In this document: in pieces, positions 37,941 through 47,539 of the stretch
Layout of the letters: every line of letters begins with the position of its first letter
Numbering within the stretch: the stretch's first letter is position 1
Source: Scyliorhinus canicula
Lineage: Eukaryota
Length of the DNA stretch: 64,000 bases
Assembly: GCF_902713615.1 (NCBI RefSeq)
Contig: NC_052154.1
Coordinates: 81,013,072-81,077,071, forward strand
Reading direction: 5' to 3'
Notes under the pieces: model-generated
Told to the model about the DNA's origin: nothing
The model's database searches: none
Seen by the model: only the letters and a program-made list of their open reading frames with translations
Translations under genes and position numbers: made by a program

Positions 37941-38434
37941 TATCTTACAGTTCAAAAACTATGACAATTCAGAGATTTATCAGAAGTACAGGGAAATATA
38001 GTTGTACGTGAAATTTCAGATGGATTGTCTAAAAGTAGTGCTCTTGACAGAAATGTTACAAACACTTAAACACGAAGGCAGCCAGGAGCCAAATCACTTT
38101 CGGAATTTTATGGCGAAATTCTTCTTGGACAGCATGTCACATCGGTTGGATTTCTATTAGCAAGCTGTATCAGAGCAGCAACATGGAGGACACACAATCA
38201 CATCCATTTTCTGCTGTAATTCACACACCATACTGACGAGCAAATGTCAACATTCACATCTTAGAGACTACACGCTAGTATTCCCTCCCTACCCATTCAG
38301 ATAAATACCATCAATTTTAACAAAAGCCATCTTGCATGGCGTTGCAAATGTCACCGTGATCTAAAGGTTGAAAGCACAATACAAAGCATTTCACTGTACT
38401 GATATCGATCCATCATTGCTTAGTACTTGAGGTA

Positions 38435-38735
38435 ATAATCTTTATTATTGTCACAAGTAGGTTTACATTAACACTGCAATGAAGGTACTGTGAATATCCC
38501 TAGTCGCCACACTATGGCGCCTGTTCGGGTACACTGAGGGAGAATTCAGAAAGTCAAATTCACCGAACAAGTACGTCTTTCGGGACTTTTGGGAGGAAAC
38601 AGGAGCACCCGGAGGAAACCAATGTAGGCACGACGAGAACGTGCAGACTCCGCACGGACAGAACCCCAAGCGGGAACCAAGCCCAGGACGCTGGCACTGT
38701 GAAGCAACAGTGCTAAGCATTGTGCTACCATGCAT
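38435..38735 (-). mobile_element. Shark SINE
   Basis: Same family as 3680-3945. Confidence 0.8.
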
Positions 38736-39118
38736 CAAAGTGGAGTCAAAATTCTGAAATCATTCAAGAGACAGTTAGAACCTGTAAATTCAAATCATGT
38801 TTGTATACTGCAGAATAAGGATGGACAATGTGACCTTGCAGGTAAAGTTGCATGTTGAAAATGTTTAGCTTGATGTCTGTGTCCTAATTTTAATTCTGTT
38901 GTATAAAAAAAGCCTTACACAACAATAAAAGTAAAAGTTATTTAATTTTATACCATTCAGCCCATCTAATCTGCACCGGCCCTCCAAAAGAGAACTGCCT
39001 CGCCCTATCCCCTTAAACCCGCGCATTGATCATGGCCAAACCACATAACCTGCACGTCCTCGGACACTAAGGGGCAATTTTAGCATAGCCAATCCACCAA
39101 AACCTGCATATATTTGGG

Positions 39119-39374
39119 ACAATTCACACCTCTTTAACCTGGAGTTACCTCTCTCTCTGCATCTTTGATGATTTGATTGCCTGCGGGTGCTCGCATTCCG
39201 GGGCATCTCTGACTGTGTCTATATAAACATTTCTGGAACAAGCCTTTCCATTCACCTGAAGAAGGAGCCGTGCTCCGAAAGCTCGTGTTTGAAACAAACC
39301 TGTTGGACTTTAACCTGGTGTTGTAAGACTTCTTACTGTGCTCACCCCAGTCCAACGCCGGCATCTCCACATCA
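39119..39374 (+). mobile_element. Penelope-like element 3' fragment inserted in a SINE
   Basis: Flanked by a 14-bp duplication TGCATATATTTGGG (39105-39118 and 39375-39388). Carries a hammerhead motif. Confidence 0.75.
39253..39287 (+). ncRNA. Minimal type I hammerhead ribozyme motif (Penelope-associated, dimer-dependent type)
   Basis: CAC-CUGAAGA-A-GGAGC cgu GCUCC-GAAA-GC-UC-GUG: conserved core, 5-bp stem II, palindromic AGCU stem III, and stem I CAC/GUG. Confidence 0.7.
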
Positions 39375-40874
39375 TGCATATATTTGGGCTGTGAGAGGAA
39401 ACCGGAGCTTATCAACACGGAGAGAACGTGATACTTCCACACAGACAATTACCAATGCCGGCTCCCTGGCGCTATGAGTGCAGTGCTAACGATTGTGCCC
39501 ATAACTTGAACAATTTGTGTTAGAAAGCAGTTGTACGAGAACTTCAGGTCTTAAGTCCTGGCTACGTCTACGTCAGGCTGATCTAGGGTAATCAGGCTTG
39601 TCTCCCGCCTGGTAACAGTCATGTTCAAAAATGTGTTGGGTTCGCCTCTAATAGCATGTTCGACAGCATCTTTCAAAAAAATAAAGCATTCGAGTGGTTT
39701 ATCGTGATTCGAATAGTTCAATAATTTTGACAGGGAGAATCTCCTATATAAATATGTAGATTATGTGCAATAAGCTGGATGCTAACCTGAATTTGAGCTG
39801 ACTGCGTGTCAATACAAGTAATGCGAGGGTGCATTTGCAGCGCATTGTAAATATGGTATGAAAACTTTTCAATTTGCTAGAAGCCAAAGGATAGCTCGTA
39901 AACTAAAGCACTGTGAATGAAGATCAATTTACAGGCCAAAAAATAGATACGCAGCGCATTTGGAGACCGAACTGAAGATCACAGAATGTTCTTAAAGAGA
40001 GAAAGAGGAAAAATGAGATGGATAGAAAAGGAAAACGCAAATAGAAACAGTAGTATAATCTAAAATGCAGCACTCGTTTGATATTTCCTCCTTGCTTGAT
40101 GTGTTAGCAGATACCCTCTCCAATTATTTATTCCAACTTAGGATACCACTAACAGTCAATAAGCCTGGAAATTGAGATCGACAACTTACATTTTGCTCTC
40201 GCTAGTCCAACAGTGGAGAATCAGATTGTAAGATCCACCACATAACCAATTGGTATTTTTCTTACAGGAACCTCGTATTAAATGTACAAAATATAACTGG
40301 CACTGTATAACTCGCCACCTAAACAGAATTACAACAGCCAAAGTGGCTTAAAAGTAAGATAACTTGATGTTCTGCATGGCTGAGTACTGCATCTTGGAGT
40401 CGATTTGCTCACTGGGCCACCAGCTACTGAGAGAAATATTTGAATTGTATGCTTTATCGCTTGGCTAAAAAGGATGATCTGGTGAAGATCGTCAGAGTAG
40501 CTCTCCTTCTTTAGGTGAAAACTTTAAAAGTTGAATACAAAAATGTAATCGGGATATAATGTGTCCCGGTAATTATCAGGGTGCGTCTGTGTTAATGTTC
40601 CTGGGTTTTTCTGAAATAACGTTCAATTTAACATTTGTCTCCCAAACTGTTAGCAATTTGTACGAGGTTGCAGGTTTACTTGACTGTAACATAACATAAT
40701 TCACATGTGTGTGCTTGTATCTAACTCTGCGGTTGCAAGCTCAATGTACAAACTTTTGTTTTTGTTTGAGCCGACAGGGGAGGTAACATTTTCTCTACTA
40801 GAAGCCTCTCTGCATCTCGGCTGCATAGGCACCCATCTTACAACTAGAAATAATGCAATGTCCATTGCTCCATT

Positions 40875-41190
40875 TAGAACAGTACCTTCGGCCCTCGATG
40901 TTGTGCCGAGCACTGATCACCCCACTCAAACTCACGTATCCACCCTATACCCGTAACCCAACAATTCCCCCTTAACCTTACTTTTTAGGACACTACGGGC
41001 AATTTAGCATGGCCAATCCACCTAACCCGCACATCTTTGGACTGTGGGAGGAAACCGGTGCTCCCGGAGGTAACCCACACACACACGGGGAGGACGTGCA
41101 GACTCCGCACAGACAGTGACCCAGCCGGGAACCGAACCTGGGACCCTGGAGCTGTGAAGCATTGATGCTAACCACTATGCTACCATGCTG
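40875..41190 (-). mobile_element. Near full-length HE1-type SINE
   Basis: Head ggggcagcatggtagcatagtggttagc and the family body and 3' end. Confidence 0.85.
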
Positions 41191-41494
41191 CCCCATTGTT
41201 TGCAAATTGTAGAACTGAAGTACTGGATAATATGGAACCCAGCCTCTTTGTTCTCAAACTTAGAACTATGTTGAGAAAGGTACATTCGCCCGAACGTCAG
41301 AATCGTAAGGTAGAAAACTCTCTGAAAGTGATTCGTGAGAAATCACGAGTTTGTGATGGGTTAAGACATAGATCTAGACAGAATGTATTATAAAACTTTT
41401 GTGTCTTACAAGACGACACTCCGTTCTCATTGACATGTGTACCATTCTCAGAAAGCATGTATTGTTTTACTGGGCATGCGCCGTATCGTTACAG

Positions 41495-41800
41495 GCCAGC
41501 ATTGTAGCACAGTGGGTAGCACTGTTGCTTCACAGCGCCAGGGTGCCAGGTTAAATTCCCAGCTTTCCTCACTGTCTGTGCGGAGCCCGTTCGTTCTCCA
41601 CGTGGCTGCATTGGTTTCCTCCTGGTGCTCCGGTCTCCTCCCACAAGTCCAGAAAGACGTGCTTTTAGGTAATCTGGACATTCTGAATTCTCCCTTTGTG
41701 CACCCGAGCAGGCGCCGGAATGTGGCGACGAGTGTCTTTTCACAGTAACTTCATTGCAGTGTTAATGTAAGCCTACTTCTGACTATAAAGATTATTATTA
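41495..41800 (+). mobile_element. Shark SINE
   Basis: Same family as 3680-3945. Confidence 0.8.
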
Positions 41801-42029
41801 TTTGGCGTTATGTCCATTTTTGCAGCCCAGACTTGCAGTAGGTTCTCATGTGTGAGTGTTGGGCAATATTTGAGGTTCTGTTCGTGAGCTCTAACGTTTT
41901 TATTGTCTCGAAAATGCAGGGTTTTCTTTAAAGAGAAAGTGCACTCTTCTAACTTATCAATTCCGTCTCAGTGTTATGCAGGCAAATAGCTCTACATTGA
42001 CTGCTTCCTTCAATCACCATTTGAAACCA

Positions 42030-42190
42030 GGGGCTGGTTTAGCACACTAGGCTAAGTAGCTGGCTTATAATATAGAACAAAGCAGCAGCGTAGGTTCAAT
42101 TCTTGTACCAGCATCCCTGAACAGGCGCCAGAACAGGCTTTTCACAGTAACTTCATTAAAGCCTACTTGTGACAATAAGTGATTATTATT
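42030..42190 (+). mobile_element. Short tRNA-derived SINE
   Basis: ggggctggtttagcacac head. Confidence 0.75.
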
Positions 42191-44049
42191 TATGTATATT
42201 AAACTGTTGCCTATTATTATTATTCAATAAGTTTTTTGTTTTGCATAAAATGCAGTGCTTGGACAGCATTGGAGTTAGCATTAGAAAAATTGTTGCATCG
42301 AAAGTCGATTGAAAACAATTTTTACCATTTGAACCTAAACTTTTGACTTTGAGTAATGCACAATTTACAAATTGGTGCAATGATATCAATATTAAAACAT
42401 TGCAGCACCTTACATTAAGTTAACTGCTATGATTATAACCTAGGTGTGCTAATATATGCCTCTAGATGAATAAGTGAAACACCCGAAAATGTATTTAAGA
42501 AAACACTTCTACACGTGACGTAATATTGGAAAGTGAAAGATTAGAATAAATTCATGTGCTTTAAGGTGATCCTGCTGAATATTTCATTGTTAGTGAGAAC
42601 GGCAAGTTCACAATGGGAAACATGTCGAATATCTGTTTAATTTCAACCTTATCTGTGTCTGCAATTGCATGGAACCATGAGCCCAATAACTATTGTTACG
42701 CAACACTAGATACATTTAACTGTTGCAATCATTAACAACTAAATTAAAATGAGCACTTCTACTGCTGCGGTGAGCAACTGAGCACGTTCTTTGTTTAGTT
42801 GTAGAAACTTGTGTCCTTATTTCACAACACTTGCCAATATTACAAAACATAGGAGGGACTTTCGCTCACCGCTTCCTCAAGTTATTTTTTCACTGCGCTT
42901 TGGAACGTGTCATGATTAATTACCTAGAAATATATAGAAACCACAGGTAATATACTTATTGATGTGGCAATGTTAAGTACAGAAATGTGTGTGCCTGTTA
43001 TAACTGATATTTCGTTCTGTTGGTATTTACTACAATACACTGTCACAGATAGGGTAAAACTCGAGGCAGTTTAAGCACCTTACACGTGTAATGTCAGCTC
43101 ACAAAAACAACATTTGGATGTGCTGCATGTAATTTTTACATCCAAGTATTATAGCTGAATGTTGTTCAAGATATCAATGCCACTTTTCTTCTTTCTTTAT
43201 GCAGCTTCACCAGCATCTGAACATGTAACAGATGATTATCAAAACAAAATTTGAATGCAGCATTAGAAAGAGAAAAAGACTGTTGTGAAATAGGTTGTGG
43301 TAAACAATTTCCAATTTCAGAAGTTTTAAATAAAATGGAATCCACTTCTTTGATAAATTGAAAACAAAAGCATTTATTATTCTTTCGTACTTAACTGGAG
43401 TAATGAAAATTAATTCCATTGGATGATTACAATATTGAGTCAATTTCCATGCCTGTGCTTTAAAAAATTTACGTCAGTGGGAGTCATTCAAGAATCAAAT
43501 AGAGAAAGTACAGGGCCAATATGTACCTGTAAAGTTAAAGGATGGGAACAAAACGGCCGGAGTACCCTGGATGTCAAGGGATATACAGGATTGCATAAGG
43601 AAACAAAAGGGTGGCTTATAGCAGATACAGGGTGATCAAACCAATGGATGCACTGAAGGAGTGTGGGAAGTGGAGGGGGAAACTTAAAGGAATTAGGATA
43701 GCAAAGAGTGGGGCATGAAAGAACACTGGCAGACAAAATACAAGAAAATCTCAAGGTGGTTTGTAAGCATTCAATCAAGGCGTTCAAAAGGCAAACATGT
43801 GGACAGGATGGGATAGTGGGATACAGCACAACAAAGAGCTGAGGGTTTTGGCAAAGGTTGGTATCACGGCCGATACAGACTTTGGGGGGGGGGGGGGGGG
43901 TCGAAGAGCCTGTTCCCGTGCTGTATTGTTCTTTGTTCTTTGTTTCTTTTTCTATATTAAGGGCAAGCTGGTAACAGGGCAAGGGAAGGGTGCATTAGGG
44001 ACCCAAAGTGGCAATATATATGTGTAGCCGAAAGAGGTAGGTGAGGTAT

Positions 44050-44802
44050 TATATAGTATATTGCATCTGTGTTCACTATGGCAAAGGATGATATTGGTAT
44101 TAAAAGCATGAGAGGGATTGTGATATAATTGACTAGATTAGCTTTGGAAGGGAGGAGGTGGTAGCGGTTTTAGCATGCTAAAAAGTGGACAGATCCCCAG
44201 GCCCAGATAAGATGTATCCTAAGCTGCTTTGTGAGGCAAGGGAGGAGATTTCAGGGTCTCTGAGGCTAATTTCTATACACTCTCTGGCCTCAAGAGAGGT
44301 GCAAGAGGATTGGAGGGCAGCTAATGTGGTACCATTATTCAAGAAGGGAATTAGGGGGAAAACTAGAGAAATACAGGCCATTAAGTTGAACTTTAGTGGT
44401 AGGGAAAGTATTGGAAAAATGACAGATAGACAGCATTAAATATCACTTGGAGAGGCAAGGTTTAAAAAAGGTTAGTTGGCATGGCTTTGTCGGGGAACAT
44501 GTCTAACACATCTGATGGTTGATGTACTCCACAAGGAGTCAGCAAGGCTTGTAAGATCTGCGGGAGGGGAGTTTTTTTTTGCGGGGGGGGGGTGGACTGA
44601 TCAAGAAAGTAAGAGCTGATGGGATCCAGAGAAATTATGAAGACTGGATCCAAAATTGGCTTTGTGGCCGGAGCCTGATAGCGATGGTCGAAGTTTGCTT
44701 TTGTGATTGGAAGCCTGTGTCTAGTGGCGCAAAGCATATATTGGTGTTGGGTCCCTTGCTCTTTGTGGTGTACAGTAATAATCTAGATGTGAACTTGGGA
44801 GG
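44050..44802 (+). mobile_element. Degraded CR1 ORF2 fragment, host of ERV-B (continues at 54725-54900)
   Basis: SPGPDKMYPKLL..EDWRAANVVPLFKKG. YSNNLDVNLGG continues as MTNNCMDDTNVGG across the ERV. Confidence 0.85.
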
Positions 44803-45767
44803 TGTTGCACGTTTTGCTATGGGTGCAAAACGCGTTTATTGGGGTGTATTAACTTGCCTGTGTTAAAGGCCGTGTGCTTAACACCACTAGGCTCTGTCTA
44901 TGTATTTTTCAGCTCAGGAGTCGCCAGTTGCCGTATAGACAACTCACAAAATATCTCAAGGTCAGGTTCAAAGTAATAAAACGATACACCGATTAGTAAG
45001 TTCCAAACGATCAATATTTATTATACAATTATAATAAATACGCATGCACACACTAAGGGACTAAGCTATGACTAAACTAAGCAATCAGAATACTTAACTA
45101 CACAGGAACAGGCAAGGTCAGGGAGCGAGGCCTTCGTCCCGGTCTTGGTCTGCAACCTTCAGAAAGCGTGCTGGTCACTGGGGGTCTAGCGTGCTTGGTT
45201 CGCGTAGCGAGCGTCGTATTGGCACTTACGGTTCGGCGGCTGGTGCTCAACGGCTGGAGTCAGGATACACATTGGAGGTCTTGGTCAAAGCCGGAGCACG
45301 AAACAACAGACAGGACCATGTGTGGGGGTCTATTTTTATAGGGGTCCCCAATGTCCTTCCCTCTTCCTGGGCGGGCTTTACCTTCAGGTATCGATTGGAT
45401 CGCTTCCAATCGATATCTTTTGAATTCCTCCAATGTGAGGGTCTTTCTCGATGGTGGGGGCGGTTTCTATAGTGGATACTTCTGGTGCCGCTCTGTCTGG
45501 ACATCCACTTAAAGTATCTTATTCAAACCCAAATGTTGCCATTGTGTGTGCCTAGATCTAGACTGCCTCATTAGTATGTAAACGTTCTGCCATTATCACC
45601 TTTGGTTGGAGATCTTCCACCTGGCCAGAAACTGGTTTTGCTGCTTGCAAAATGCTAATGAGTGTTTGCAGGCTGTTTGCCTTGGCTATACTGTTTTTCC
45701 CTACAGTCTTAGCGATTCTCCATTTTGTTTGATTCAGTGTCCATTTTAGGTGGCTACAGTGGCTACA
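44803..45767 (-). repeat. ERV-B 3' LTR
   Basis: On minus: TATAAAAATA (45340-45331), GTAAGT donor (45229-45224), AATAAA (45022-45017). Five substitutions versus the 5' LTR counted by eye. Confidence 0.97.
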
Positions 45768-45777
45768 TTCCCTCCTT
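45768..45777 (-). promoter_or_regulatory. ERV-B polypurine tract
   Basis: AAGGAGGGAA on minus, adjacent to the 3' LTR. Confidence 0.9.
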
Positions 45778-46137
45778 GTGATCCTCACAATCAAAATATT
45801 GTGAAGGATCACCTATGTACGTTGCCTTGAGTGCATCTGGGTTGCCTTCTTTGTGTTCCCTGACCTCGGCAAGCTCCTGAGCGTCTACTCTGTCCTTAAA
45901 CTATGGGAAGAAAAATTTTTTAACTGACATCTCTACTTGGCGCTATGTCAAAGGGGACATGCATTACCACAAACGGGAACCTCTACCTATCTCAATTATC
46001 CTTATCTTACCTTAAACATTTCATTACAGACTAAACCTCATCCATTCATACCACATCACATAACATTTCCTGACTCGGCAGTCGAGTTCAGGACAATATA
46101 ATACATGGGTACATTTTTTTATTCATTACACAGTGCT

Positions 46138-46482
46138 TTATTCATTTATGGGCTGGGGGGATTGGTGAAAGCCGAAGATAGGAGATTGAATTCCATAGAC
46201 GGTTGAGGGGCAGGAACGGGAGGCTCTCCTCTTCCACTTCCTCAACCTGAGGGTCTGTACAAGTATGGCGAGGATCGCAATCACTAGCAGTGATTCAATC
46301 ACGTATGACATGGAGTACCATGTCATAAATTTTGTGCACCAGGTCTGAACCTCACTGATCAGAGCTGAGCACGGGGGAGTTGCTGTAAGTGAAACATTTA
46401 CGGTGGGGGTTGTGGGGGAAACGTGTCTTGCTTCCACACAAACAAATATAACATTTAAAAGTAATAAGTGGGCTTCCATCAT
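46138..46482 (-). CDS. ERV-B accessory ORF: 114-aa type I membrane protein in the env position
   Basis: Signal peptide (LLLLNVIFVCVEA), NVS sequon, Cys38/Cys49, TM YVIESLLVIAILAILVQTL and polybasic RLRKWKRR. Sense to gag-pol, uninterrupted. Confidence 0.75.
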   Translation of the reverse strand: MMEAHLLLLNVIFVCVEARHVSPTTPTVNVSLTATPPCSALISEVQTWCTKFMTWYSMSYVIESLLVIAILAILVQTLRLRKWKRRASRSCPSTVYGIQSPIFGFHQSPQPINE

Positions 46483-47539
46483 CTTCTCTTCGTTTTTCTT
46501 CTTTTCTTCCTCCTGTATGGCCGATCCTTGCTGTGGTCCCTGTTTCGTCCTTCGAAAGCTATGGGATCAAGCACAGTATCTGTCAATACAGCTTAATATC
46601 CGTACTTGTTAGTGTATCTGTCTTTCAATTCCAATTGACCCATTAAAAATGACTGGCCAAGTCACACCCTGTGACTCCCCTCATTTTTTTTTTCAAAAGC
46701 GAATTTAATGAACACAATACACCAAACAACTCTCCTCCTGCGAGCCATCTCGCAGGCTTTGCTCATTTACCATCCGAATGTTCCTGGATGTAAATAGCAT
46801 GTGGGATGGCGGCCTAAGGGCTGCCTAACGAAAAATGAAAACAAATTTGAAATGAAAGGTCGAATGGGTTGCGTATGGGCCGCTACGGGTACGATTTGAA
46901 TGGGATCCCCGGGTAGGGCGTGCTGTGCCATACCCGAGCTTGGCTGACCAAAGTGGGTTCTCAGACAGGGCGGGTCCTCAGTGCCGTTTGTCCACTGCCT
47001 GAGTAACCTGGAGTAAACGGGCAAGAATGTGTTTATCATGGATTTGCAGCCTCTATTCGCCGAATAGAGGGGCACCTAAAAACAATGGGGGAGCCAAGAT
47101 GCTCCTTCATCTGAAAACAGGGAAGAAGTCGTGAACCGTGTCGGTTCACCAGAGGAAACAACTGAAGTTCTCAGAGGTTTCGGCAGACAAGCTAACGTGC
47201 TTGCGAGGTGGTCGCATTCCTTACAACTGAAAAGATCTCCAATCAAACGGTTGGTTTGCGAACCGAAGTTCTCAAAGGTATTTGCGGACAAGCTAACGGG
47301 TGTGTGAGGTGGTCACAATCTTTTCAGCTGAAAAGATCTCTAATCAATCTCGTAACATATTAACAAACAAACATAAACTGACAAACAAACATGCGTGCAG
47401 GTTCCATCAGAAAGGACATCGCTTCCCTCAAGCGGTTCCTATCTTACATCATCTGGACACCTCACTTTTCCTCTGTCTCTGTGAACAGGGTCACAAAGGG
47501 GTTGCCGTATCGGGATTCAGACACCGTGTCGTCCTGCTC

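Noticed and set aside
45191-45504. Short ORFs on both strands inside the ERV-B LTRs (repeated at 54148-54461)
   Set aside because: They are duplicated only because the LTR is duplicated. They have no recognisable motifs and overlap the promoter and R.
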